Both the position numbers and the translations under genes were made by a program. DNA of 64,000 nt, from contig NZ_DATCTO010000047.1 in NCBI RefSeq assembly GCF_036567905.1, positions 6,552 to 70,551 on the forward strand. Direction: 5' to 3'. Numbering within the stretch: the stretch's first letter is position 1; the number at the start of each line of letters is the position of its first letter. The notes beneath the pieces were generated by a model. It made no database searches. It saw nothing but the letters and a program-made list of their open reading frames with translations, and was not told where the DNA came from. Positions 10,645-19,348 of this stretch are shown piece by piece. This DNA comes from Candidatus Binatus sp. Its GTDB lineage: Bacteria > Desulfobacterota > Binatia > Binatales > Binataceae.

Positions 10645-11358
10645 ATGAACAACCCCACGATTCGCAACTGGCTCGGATTCTCGACGCTGGCGCTGATGCT
10701 GGCGTCGCTGTTCATGGTCTTCGACTACGTTCCACCCGATGCCGAGATGGGAATCGCGCAGTTGATCTTTTATTTTCACGTCCCGCTTGCATGGGTCGCG
10801 TTCGCGTCGTTCGGGCTGGTCGCGATAGCGGGGATATTTTACCTGTGGCTCGGCGATCAGCTGTGGGACGATCTGGGCTACGCCGCCGCCGAAACCGGGA
10901 TGATCTTCTGCACGCTGATGATTGTCACGGGGTCGATTTGGGCCAAGCCGATTTGGGGCACGTGGTGGACGTGGGACTCGCGGCTGACGATGACTTTTAT
11001 CCTGTGGCTGATGTACGGCGGCTACCTGATGCTGCGCGCCAGCGCCGATGACACGCCGCAGGTAGCCCGCTTCGCGGCGGTGATCGGAATCGTCGCCGCG
11101 CTGGACGTGCCGATCGTTATCGCTTCGGTGCGGCTGTGGCGCACGATCCATCCCGCGGTGCTGGTTACCAAGCAGGGCGGCCATGGGTTGGAGGATCCGC
11201 GGATGATCTGGACGCTGCTGGTGTCGCTGACGGCATTTACGGTGTTGTGGGCGTGGATCCTGATGCTGCGATTCACGCAGTTGCGGACGCGAAGCAGGAT
11301 GGGCAGGCTGGCCGGCGGGATCGCGCTGGCGGCCGCGGCGGCATCCGACCCGAGGTAA
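10645..11358 (+). CDS. ccmC: heme exporter protein CcmC
   Basis: 237 aa with WWD motif WGTWWTWDSRLT and conserved His-containing loops. Confidence 0.9.
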   Translation: MNNPTIRNWLGFSTLALMLASLFMVFDYVPPDAEMGIAQLIFYFHVPLAWVAFASFGLVAIAGIFYLWLGDQLWDDLGYAAAETGMIFCTLMIVTGSIWAKPIWGTWWTWDSRLTMTFILWLMYGGYLMLRASADDTPQVARFAAVIGIVAALDVPIVIASVRLWRTIHPAVLVTKQGGHGLEDPRMIWTLLVSLTAFTVLWAWILMLRFTQLRTRSRMGRLAGGIALAAAAASDPR

Positions 11359-11371
11359 TGGAGTTGAGCTG

Positions 11372-11560
11372 ATGGAACATTTCGGATACCTGTTCGCCGC
11401 GTATAGCATCATTTTCGTTGTGATTTTCCTCTACGTAATGTTCATCTGGCGCCGCCAGGCGGCGCTCGACGCGGAACTTCGCACGCTGGAGGCGCGGATG
11501 GCGGCGCTGACGGAGCACTCGGCGGCCGGTGGTCCGCCGGAGCCGCGATCCGATGCTTGA
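11372..11560 (+). CDS. ccmD: heme exporter protein CcmD (small single-TM protein)
   Basis: 62 aa with a single TM helix, YLFAAYSIIFVVIFLYVMFIWRR, immediately after ccmC. Confidence 0.65.
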   Translation: MEHFGYLFAAYSIIFVVIFLYVMFIWRRQAALDAELRTLEARMAALTEHSAAGGPPEPRSDA

Positions 11561-11629
11561 TATGCCGATCGAGCATGCCAAGTGAGTATAGTATTTGAGG
11601 CGGCGAATGTTCCCGACTGAGTATTCCAG

Positions 11630-12763
11630 ATGGAATTTCGCGACTACTACAAAACTCTCGGGGTCGAGCGGAAAGCCAGCGAGGCGGAAATCAAGAGTGC
11701 CTTCCGCAAGCTCGCCCGCAAATTCCATCCCGACGTAAATCCCAACAACAAGGATGCCGAGGCCAAATTCAAGCAACTGAACGAGGCCTACCAGGTCATC
11801 GGCGACGCCGACAAGCGCAAGAAGTACGACGAACTCGGCGCCGATTGGGAGCACGGCGTATCGCAGGAAGAGATGATGCGCCGCTACGCGCGGCAGCAAT
11901 CGGCGGCCGGCGCGGGCGCGGATTTCGGCGGCGGCGATTTCAGCGATTTCTTTTCGCAATTCTTCGGCGGCGGCGGAGCAAGCGGCTTCGGACGCGGCGC
12001 CGGCGGACGCAGCCGCGGCGGCTCGTCACGCGGATTTTCGGGCTTCGATTTCGGCGCCAGCGGCGCGGGCGCCGAGCCGGCGCGCGCGCCCGATCTTCGC
12101 GCCGAAGTCAGAATCCAGCTGGCCGATGCGGTCAAGGGCGCGAAGCGGCGGCTGGATCTCGTCGCCGAGGACGAATGCGCCACCTGCCGCGGCAGCGGGA
12201 TGATCGCGCGCGAGGAAAAGCAGGGCAAGGCGCGCGTGATTCGCTCCGCCGAGCCTTGTCCGACCTGCGGCGGGGTTGGCGTGGTGCAGGCGCGGCGCAC
12301 GCTCGAAGTCACAATCCCGGCGGGGGTGGCGGACGGCACGCAGTTGCGCTTGAAGGGGCAGGGCGGCCGCGCACCGCGTCCCGATCAGAATGGCGATCTC
12401 TTCCTGACGGTCAGAATCGAGCCGAACCCGGTGTTCGCGCTTGCGGGGCGCGACCTGCGTGTCAGTTTGCCGGTGTGGGACTACGAAGCGGCGCTCGGCG
12501 CCGAAATCACCGCGCCGACGGTTGAAGGGCGCGTGTCGCTCAAGATTCTTCCCGGAAGCCAGGCCGGACGGGTGATGCGGTTGCGCGGGCGGGGACTGCC
12601 GGCGCGCGGCAAGGAGCCTGCGGGAGACCTGCTCTACGAGCTGAAGGTGCTCGCGCCGACCGACTTGAGCGCCAAGGAGCGCGCGCTCATGCAGGATTTG
12701 GCCGACAGTCTCAAGGCGCGCGGGATTGCCGATCCGCGGGCGGAACTGATGGCGTCGAAGTGA
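11630..12763 (+). CDS. DnaJ/CbpA-family co-chaperone (J domain, G/F region, only two CxxCxGxG repeats, C-terminal substrate-binding domains)
   Basis: J domain [34 protein letters not shown]. Gly/Phe-rich linker. CATCRGSG and [11 protein letters not shown] motifs [15 protein letters not shown] and [14 protein letters not shown]. Confidence 0.85.
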   Translation: MEFRDYYKTLGVERKASEAEIKSAFRKLARKFHPDVNPNNKDAEAKFKQLNEAYQVIGDADKRKKYDELGADWEHGVSQEEMMRRYARQQSAAGAGADFGGGDFSDFFSQFFGGGGASGFGRGAGGRSRGGSSRGFSGFDFGASGAGAEPARAPDLRAEVRIQLADAVKGAKRRLDLVAEDECATCRGSGMIAREEKQGKARVIRSAEPCPTCGGVGVVQARRTLEVTIPAGVADGTQLRLKGQGGRAPRPDQNGDLFLTVRIEPNPVFALAGRDLRVSLPVWDYEAALGAEITAPTVEGRVSLKILPGSQAGRVMRLRGRGLPARGKEPAGDLLYELKVLAPTDLSAKERALMQDLADSLKARGIADPRAELMASK

Positions 12764-12851
12764 CGCAGAGCTGAACGCAATGGCGCGGCGATCTTCAACC
12801 ACCAGCCCGACTTCGACCCATCGACGCGCCGATCGCGGCAAAGTGGTCCTG

Positions 12852-13091
12852 ATGAGCAGGAGCGTGTTCTGCTCGATCGGCGGAATCAGCGAGCGCGAGT
12901 TGGCGTCGTGGGAGCGCGAGGATCTGATCGCGCCGGTTCGAGTGGAGCGGGTGCGCGGACGGCTCGACGCGCTCTACGATCGCGAGGCGTTGCGGCGGGT
13001 CCGGGTAATTCGCACGCTCGGCGAGGAACTCGAGGTGAATATCCCGGGGATCGGCGTGATCCTGCATTTGCTGGATCAGATGGGGCGGTAG
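12852..13091 (+). CDS. cbpM: CbpM-like chaperone modulator (MerR-type HTH)
   Basis: FCSIGGISERELASWEREDLI... and LEVNIPGIGVILHLLDQM resemble E. coli CbpM (LDWPGIAVALTLMDDI). The gene directly follows the DnaJ/CbpA gene. I start it at ATG 12852 because the N-terminal 24 codons of the track ORF are low-complexity. Confidence 0.65.
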   Translation: MSRSVFCSIGGISERELASWEREDLIAPVRVERVRGRLDALYDREALRRVRVIRTLGEELEVNIPGIGVILHLLDQMGR

Positions 13092-13136
13092 AGGCGAGAT
13101 CAGCTCGCCCGAGTGAGAGAGCCGCGGCTCGCGCGG

Positions 13137-13799
13137 TTACTTCTTGCGAACGATGGTGAGGCCGTCGCCGACGCCCAGCATCACGGCCTCGACGCGCGTG
13201 TCGTGCGCGATGGAATCGTTGAGTGCGCGAATCGCCCGCGTGTCCGCGTCCTTTATCGCTTCATCGACGACTGCGCCTTTCCACAGCACGTTGTCGATCA
13301 GGATGAGTCCGCCCGGACGCAGGCGCTTGAGAATTTCGTCGTAATAGATTGGGTAGCTCGACTTGTCGGCGTCGATAAATGCGAAGTCGAAGGCATGCGA
13401 AACCGGGATCGCGTTGAGCGTGTCGGCCGCGGGCCCCAGCTTGAGTGTTATCCGGTTCGCGACGCCCGCCCGTTCCCAATAGCGGCGCGCGATGCCGGTC
13501 CACTGCTCGTTCACGTCGCAACACAGAAGCCGGCCGTCGGCGGGCAATGCGCGAGCCACGCAGAGTGCGCTGTAGCCGGTGAAGGTGCCGACCTCGACTG
13601 CGGAGCGCGCGCCGATCGCGCCGGCGAGGATTGCCATGAATGTGCCTTGCTCGGGGCCAATCTGCATGGTGCTAATCTGCCCCAATTTTGCGGTCTCGGC
13701 GGCCAATTCGGCGCGGATCGGATCGCCGTTGTGCCCGTGCGCAACCAGGTATTCGTGGAGTTTGGGAGTGAGCGCGATAAAGCGCGAGGGTTGCGCCAT
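13137..13799 (-). CDS. class I SAM-dependent O-methyltransferase (family 3, caffeoyl-CoA OMT-like)
   Basis: 220 aa. VEVGTFTGYSALCVARALPADGRLLCCD, FDFAFIDADKSSY and LRPGGLILIDNVLWKG are typical of O-methyltransferase family 3. Confidence 0.8.
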   Translation of the reverse strand: MAQPSRFIALTPKLHEYLVAHGHNGDPIRAELAAETAKLGQISTMQIGPEQGTFMAILAGAIGARSAVEVGTFTGYSALCVARALPADGRLLCCDVNEQWTGIARRYWERAGVANRITLKLGPAADTLNAIPVSHAFDFAFIDADKSSYPIYYDEILKRLRPGGLILIDNVLWKGAVVDEAIKDADTRAIRALNDSIAHDTRVEAVMLGVGDGLTIVRKK

Positions 13800-13808
13800 G
13801 CCCGCTGC

Positions 13809-15083
13809 TTACCGGCCGCCGAGATAGGCGAAGTCGCCGTGCTGATTCACCGTCAAGGTGCCGGTGAAGATCGAATGATGCTTGCGCGCGCCCATCGCGA
13901 TTCGGTAGATCAGTTCGGAGTCGCCGACCTCGAAAAATGCGTCGTCAGGCGACAGCACATAGAGCTTTTCGTGATCATCGGAATCGGTGGCCCCGATGAA
14001 CATCGCACCGGAAGCCGTCAGCACCGGGTCGCCCAGCGACTCGAGTTCGGTGCCGAAGGGCGTTAGCTGTCCGCGCTGAATGCGCAAATCGAGGCGCTGG
14101 CGGCTCAGCCGAAAAATTGCGGGCATGCGCGCGCATCCGGCGAGCACCGCGGTCGTTCCGTCAGCCATCAAACCGGGGCGCCCCTCCGACAGATATGACA
14201 CCGGACCGACCGACGTTAGAGTGCCGGTCGGCAGGATCCTCGCCATTGAACCGCCGCTGTAGAGGAACAGCGCCGCGCCGCTGGGCGACTTGGCCGTGAA
14301 CGCGACCATCATCCCAAGCGGAGTGGGCAATGCTGCCGGCAATCCGAACGGGCGCTGATAGAGCGTGTGATTGGGTCCGTATTCGCCTTCGACCGCAAGC
14401 TCCGTAACACCGCCCGCAGCCGAAGCAAGCAGGAGCGCCTGACGATGTCCAGCGGGCTTCGCGTTCTCGCCGAGAAAGCCGGTGAACACGACCTGGCCGT
14501 CGTCGCCTATTTGCGGGCTGCCGAAGCTCAGCACTGCGATCTCGTGCCCTTGATTGGTTTTGTCACCCGCCTTCACCATGCAGGTGAGTTTTCCGTGCGA
14601 ATAAAAGAACAGCCCGTCGCGGCCGTGCGGCACTATCGACATGAATGCAATATTTTCGTCCATGTCTGCGCTGGGATATGGGTCGCCTTGGAATGCGGGA
14701 TTGCAATCACCGGCCATCGCCTTGGGATTGAGCGCCATGATTATGCGATGGCTCGGTATGGCATCGGCATTGCCGATGAAGATATTCCACTTGGGCTTGA
14801 GCTTGGTGTCCTTGGGCTGCGTCTCGGCGCCAAAGATCACGCGTCCATCGGGCATCATCGAGGGCACGCCGACTTCGGTTACGGCGCCGCCACCGGGCGC
14901 CGGCATTCCGATTCCGGTGATCAGCGTCGGGACGCCGTTGCTGTCGCTGGCATAGACCGCCTGCGTGTCGTCCGCCTGCAATCTGGCGCTGGTTCCGCTA
15001 AGGGTCAGCGAAACCGCGTGCGCGCTCAGTGGAGTCAGGAGCAGAATCGCGAGCGCAGATGGAAAAGCCTTGAAATTCAACAT
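13809..15083 (-). CDS. secreted repeat protein (probable beta-propeller-like, DG-x-V/I-x-F-x-G repeats)
   Basis: Signal peptide MLNFKAFPSALAILLLTPLSAHA. Recurring PDGRVIFGA, DDGQVVFTGF, ADGTTAVLAG and QHGDFAYLGG motifs. Confidence 0.55.
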   Translation of the reverse strand: MLNFKAFPSALAILLLTPLSAHAVSLTLSGTSARLQADDTQAVYASDSNGVPTLITGIGMPAPGGGAVTEVGVPSMMPDGRVIFGAETQPKDTKLKPKWNIFIGNADAIPSHRIIMALNPKAMAGDCNPAFQGDPYPSADMDENIAFMSIVPHGRDGLFFYSHGKLTCMVKAGDKTNQGHEIAVLSFGSPQIGDDGQVVFTGFLGENAKPAGHRQALLLASAAGGVTELAVEGEYGPNHTLYQRPFGLPAALPTPLGMMVAFTAKSPSGAALFLYSGGSMARILPTGTLTSVGPVSYLSEGRPGLMADGTTAVLAGCARMPAIFRLSRQRLDLRIQRGQLTPFGTELESLGDPVLTASGAMFIGATDSDDHEKLYVLSPDDAFFEVGDSELIYRIAMGARKHHSIFTGTLTVNQHGDFAYLGGR

Positions 15084-15200
15084 TTTCCCCCAGCTCCTAA
15101 TCAGTAACTCGAATCTGAGATCCCCGCAATTCTTATAGTCGCCGATGCTCCCTTAATGCAATGCAAAGGAAAAGCCACCCCGCGGCGGCGGGTCGGGACG

Positions 15201-15656
15201 TCAGAACGCGATTGAATCCAGCATCGCATGGATTCGCTCCGGATGCGTCTCCGACCAGTAGATTCGGCCGCACTCCTGGCACTGGGCAAATCGATCGTGG
15301 CCGGCAAAGACGTAGGGCGGCACTCGCCGCGACACGAGTTCACGCGCGACCGGGGTCAGCAGATGGTTGCATCGTGAGCATCGCGTCAGCGCAATCGCTC
15401 GCGGGTCGAGCCGGAAGCGTCTGACAGCCTCGCGCAACTGAGTTCTGATCGCGTTGCCCTCGACGAAGAAAACGCCGGCCGCGGTTCGAAGGCGTTTATC
15501 GCGGGTCAGCAGGATTCTGTTGTCTGCGCGAGCGATCTTCAGAAGCTCAGCGCCGGTCAGCGACGCGTCCGTAATAACGTCGGCGCCGAGCAGCCGCAGC
15601 CATCGCGCCAACCGCATCAGCATCCGGTCAGCCGCAAGTCGGGGAGTTTCATCCAT
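15201..15656 (-). CDS. Mut7-C RNase domain (DUF82) protein with C-terminal zinc ribbon
   Basis: LAADRMLMRLARWLRLLGADV...ILLTRDKRL followed by CSRCNHLL...CQECGRIYW. I start it at ATG 15656. The longer track ORF would run into the divergent promoter region. Confidence 0.7.
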   Translation of the reverse strand: MDETPRLAADRMLMRLARWLRLLGADVITDASLTGAELLKIARADNRILLTRDKRLRTAAGVFFVEGNAIRTQLREAVRRFRLDPRAIALTRCSRCNHLLTPVARELVSRRVPPYVFAGHDRFAQCQECGRIYWSETHPERIHAMLDSIAF

Positions 15657-15742
15657 AGCGATGGACTGTATTATATCAGCGATCGACGAGAGCGCAGTCC
15701 GGGAAAATATAAAGTGACAGTTTAAGTTTTGAGAGGCGCGCG

Positions 15743-16366
15743 ATGCAGGAAACTCAGGTGTCGTTTCGATCCGGCGAGTTGAGGTTGGAAGGCCTGCTCG
15801 CCAATCCAGGCGCAAATGCGCCCGCAGCGGTGGTCTGTCACCCGCATCCTGCCTATGGCGGCTCGATGTTCAACAACGTTGTCGATGCGATCCTCGCGGC
15901 GATGTGGCAGGCCGGATACGCGACCTTGCGCTTCAACTTTCGCGGCGTCGGCGCCAGCGACGGCGAGCATGACGGCGGTCCCGGCGAAGTCGATGACGCG
16001 GTGGCGGCGATGGCGTATATGCTGGCGCAGCCCGGCGTGCGCAACGCGGGCGCCGTGATGGCAGGATATTCGTTCGGCGCGATGGTCGCGGTGAGCGCAG
16101 GATACGCACGCGCGGAGATCGCGCGCATAATCGCTGTCGCGCTGCCGCTGGCGATGGCTGACGCGCGCATTCCCGATGGCGCATCCAAGCCCGTGTTGCT
16201 GGTTTCCGGCGATCGCGATTCGTACTCGCCGGTCGCGGGGCTGAAAACGCTCAGGTCGCAAATCGGTGAATCGGCGCGACTCGAGATCGTAGCCGGCGCC
16301 GATCATTTCTTTGGCGGCCGCGAAGCGGAACTGTCGCGCGCAATCGCCGCCGCGCTCGCAACCTAG
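15743..16366 (+). CDS. alpha/beta-fold hydrolase
   Basis: 207 aa. HPHPAYGGSMFNNVV, nucleophile-elbow-like GYSFGAMV, and a C-terminal GADHFF pattern. Confidence 0.7.
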   Translation: MQETQVSFRSGELRLEGLLANPGANAPAAVVCHPHPAYGGSMFNNVVDAILAAMWQAGYATLRFNFRGVGASDGEHDGGPGEVDDAVAAMAYMLAQPGVRNAGAVMAGYSFGAMVAVSAGYARAEIARIIAVALPLAMADARIPDGASKPVLLVSGDRDSYSPVAGLKTLRSQIGESARLEIVAGADHFFGGREAELSRAIAAALAT

Positions 16367-17496
16367 CTACCGCCGGAAGGCGCGGGAGCCGCGCGGGTCG
16401 TCTCCCAGATGGCGTAGAAAGGATCGTAGGGATTCGCCTTCGCGATCGAAATGATCTGCGCGATCGTCGCGCGCAAGTCGCCGTGATTCATCCGATCGAG
16501 CGCGGCGAAGTTGTCGAGATCGTGAAAGTAGATCAGGTAGTTCACCAGCACGGCGTTGTTCAGCGGCTGCTTGTCGAGGTCGAAGCGCTCGAGTCCCGAT
16601 AGCGACGGCGCCAGCGCAGCGTAGTCGGCCTTGATCGCGGTGAAGGCCGCTTCGCGGCGCTTGTCGAGCTCCTGTTTCGGCGGCTTGGGCATATAAATGT
16701 CGAGCAGGCGCGCCTGCTCCTGGAGCAGAAAGCGCGCGAACTTGAAATCGCTCTCCAGGACGGCGCGCGCCGCGATTGTGGCGGGCGCCGACTCACCGTC
16801 AGTCGCCGCGAAAAAAGCTACCGCGCCTGCGCTGCCAGCATAGTTGGCGGCCGATTCGTCGAACATCGCATCGCCCGCCAGATAATACGTGCGATGGAAC
16901 AGTTCGTGGATGATCACGCCGGCCAGCTCGACGCGATCCAGCTTGAGCAGATTCGACAGCAGCGGGTCGTTGAAAAATCCCAGACTCGAGAACGCAGCCG
17001 CCGGCCGCACCATCGTGTCGAGCCCCTGCGCTTCGAGCACCGCCGCTTCGGCGGTTGCATCGCTCTCGTCGAAATAGCCGCGATACGGCACGCGGCCTAC
17101 TATCGGGAACCACCATGTGTACGGCTCCAGCGAGTCGCGCGGCGCCGCCATCAAGACGTGGACGATCGCGCTTCGATCCACGTGCGCGATGCTTTGATAG
17201 GCACCGCCGACGTTGAGGCCGAGTTCTTCGGCGGCGAACTTGCGGACCGCGAGCACGGTTTCCAGCTTCGCGCGAATGTCCGCCGGAAGATCTGCGCGGG
17301 CGAGCGCGTCGCCAATCGGCCTGCGGTTCCACAGAATTCGACCCTCCTCGTACGCGGCGCGTGCGAGGTAACCCGCGTAGCATCCGCCGAGCACAAACGG
17401 CGCGAAGACCAATGCTGCCAAGCGCAGCAGAGATACCGCCTGAAGTCGCGCCCGCGCCGCCCGCCGCGTCGTGCCAGCCACTTCTGCGTCCACCAC
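16363..17496 (-). CDS. predicted aminopeptidase lipoprotein (DUF2265-like zinc peptidase)
   Basis: Lipobox FVLGGC after a signal sequence. HELFH metal motif (GVIIHELFHRTYY). Confidence 0.65.
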   Translation of the reverse strand: MVDAEVAGTTRRAARARLQAVSLLRLAALVFAPFVLGGCYAGYLARAAYEEGRILWNRRPIGDALARADLPADIRAKLETVLAVRKFAAEELGLNVGGAYQSIAHVDRSAIVHVLMAAPRDSLEPYTWWFPIVGRVPYRGYFDESDATAEAAVLEAQGLDTMVRPAAAFSSLGFFNDPLLSNLLKLDRVELAGVIIHELFHRTYYLAGDAMFDESAANYAGSAGAVAFFAATDGESAPATIAARAVLESDFKFARFLLQEQARLLDIYMPKPPKQELDKRREAAFTAIKADYAALAPSLSGLERFDLDKQPLNNAVLVNYLIYFHDLDNFAALDRMNHGDLRATIAQIISIAKANPYDPFYAIWETTRAAPAPSGGS

Positions 17497-17505
17497 AGGC
17501 CGGCG

Positions 17506-19347
17506 TCAGCCCGCCACAAGGCGGTCGCTGTTTGCCATTGCGGCGTACTGCAATTCGAATAACCGGTAGTAGAGTCCGCGCTGTGCGAGCAGTTCGTCAT
17601 GCGTGCCGCTTTCGCGCAGCACGCCTGTGCCCAGCACCATGATCCGATCGGCGCGCTCGATGGTGGATAGCCGATGCGCGATTACGACCGCGGTGCGCTC
17701 CGCCAGCAACTCGTTCAGCGCCAGCTGGATCAGCCGCTCGGTCTCGCTGTCCACGCTCGAGGTCGCTTCATCCATCACCAGGACTCGCGGGTTGTACGCC
17801 AGCGCGCGCGCGAACGACAGCAGTTGGCGCTGACCCGCCGACAGGTTCGCGCCGCGCTCGCGGATCTGCTCGCCCAGCCCGCCCGGCAACCGCTCGACGA
17901 ATCGTAAAGCCTGCGCGCGCCGCAGCGCATCGCGCACTTCGGATTCGCTCAAGTCGGTGCGCGAGAGCCGGATGTTTTCCAGCACATCGCCGGCGAACAG
18001 GAACACGTCTTGTTGCACGTATCCGATTTCGCGGCGAAGAGCGCCGAGGTCCCACTGGCGCACATCGACGCCGTCAACCAGGATTCGCCCGCCGGTCACG
18101 TCGTACGAACGATTCAGCAGCTTGATGATCGTGGTTTTGCCCGAGCCGGTCGGCCCCACGATCGCAATTTTCTGTCCCGGCTCGACCGTGAAGCTCAGGT
18201 CTTTCAGTATCGGTTCGTTCGCACGGTATTCGAAAGTGACGTGATCGAACACGATCGCCCCGCGCGAGACCGCCGGCCGCTTCGGATGCGCAGGCACCGG
18301 AAGCATCTTCTCGCCTTCCATCAAGGCGTGGATTTTCTCGACCGCCGCGAGCGCCGATTGGAGCGCGCTGTACTTGGTCGAGATGTCGCGCAACGGCATG
18401 AAAAACTGCTGAGCGTACTGGATGAACGCGATCAGCGTGCCCAGCGTCACCAGGTGCCGAATCACGCTGCCGCCGCCGATCCACAGTATCACCGCGACCG
18501 TGATGGAGCTGAGCGCCTCCACCGCTGAGAATTGGGCGGCCTCGTAAACGTTGGCCATCATCTGCACGTCGCGCGAACGCCGGTTGAGCGCGTCGAACTC
18601 GCGGCGGCTTTCGCGTTCGCGCGTGAAGAGCTGCACTATCATCATGCCGGCCAGCGATTCGGACAGGTAGGCGTTCAACGCGGCGAGACGGTCCCGTATC
18701 TGGCCGTACACGATGCGCGATTTCGAACTCAGAAAATAAATGACCAGCGTCAGCGGCGGAATCGCGCACAGCGCCGCCAACGCCAGCCGCGGGCTCAGGC
18801 TGAACATAATCGTCACGATGCCGACCAGCGTCATCGCGTCGATGAAGATCGTCAAAGATCCCGCCGAGAACATGTCGTTGATCGAATCGATGTCGGTCGT
18901 CATTCGGCTGACCAGTCTGCCGACCGGCGTGCGATCGAAGAACGACATCGGCAAACGCTCGACCTTGCGAAACAGCGCCATCCGAAGATCGGAAAGGCTG
19001 AACTGCGCGACCATCATCATCAGGTAAAACTGAGCGTAAAACGCGGCGAACTCGCCGATCACCAGCAGCAGATACAAAGCACCCATCACGAACAGGCCGT
19101 GTCCGCCTGACCCACGAAACAGCGTCGCGAGCCATGCCGGAGGCCGTGCGCCGTGCGCGCCCGACAGAAATTCGTCAACCGTAAGCTTGATGACGTATGG
19201 CTGTGCGAGCAAAAACGCGGTGTCGAGCGGCATCAGAAACGTCGCCAGCCAAAACAGCCGCTGGTATGGACGGATGAACTGCCACACCCATCGCACCAGC
19301 GCGGCATCGTAGTTGCTGACGAGCGGCTTTTCCTCGGCGACCTGCAT
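17506..19347 (-). CDS. ABC exporter, fused permease/ATPase (MsbA/multidrug type)
   Basis: 613 aa. Six-TM domain plus NBD with GPTGSGKTT, LSAGQRQLLSFARAL and VLVMDEATS. Confidence 0.9.
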   Translation of the reverse strand: MQVAEEKPLVSNYDAALVRWVWQFIRPYQRLFWLATFLMPLDTAFLLAQPYVIKLTVDEFLSGAHGARPPAWLATLFRGSGGHGLFVMGALYLLLVIGEFAAFYAQFYLMMMVAQFSLSDLRMALFRKVERLPMSFFDRTPVGRLVSRMTTDIDSINDMFSAGSLTIFIDAMTLVGIVTIMFSLSPRLALAALCAIPPLTLVIYFLSSKSRIVYGQIRDRLAALNAYLSESLAGMMIVQLFTRERESRREFDALNRRSRDVQMMANVYEAAQFSAVEALSSITVAVILWIGGGSVIRHLVTLGTLIAFIQYAQQFFMPLRDISTKYSALQSALAAVEKIHALMEGEKMLPVPAHPKRPAVSRGAIVFDHVTFEYRANEPILKDLSFTVEPGQKIAIVGPTGSGKTTIIKLLNRSYDVTGGRILVDGVDVRQWDLGALRREIGYVQQDVFLFAGDVLENIRLSRTDLSESEVRDALRRAQALRFVERLPGGLGEQIRERGANLSAGQRQLLSFARALAYNPRVLVMDEATSSVDSETERLIQLALNELLAERTAVVIAHRLSTIERADRIMVLGTGVLRESGTHDELLAQRGLYYRLFELQYAAMANSDRLVAG

Positions 19348-19348
19348 C

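Noticed and set aside
11557-11629. Heat-shock promoter (sigma-32) or HAIR/HspR operator upstream of the DnaJ/CbpA gene. There is a CTTGAT -35-like box, a TATAGT box, and TGAGTAT repeated twice.
   Set aside because: The spacing between TTGATA and TATAGT is about 24 nt, which is too long. There is no CCCCAT-like -10 box. The TGAGTAT words are direct repeats, so they do not match the CTTGAGT-N7-ACTCAAG HAIR consensus.
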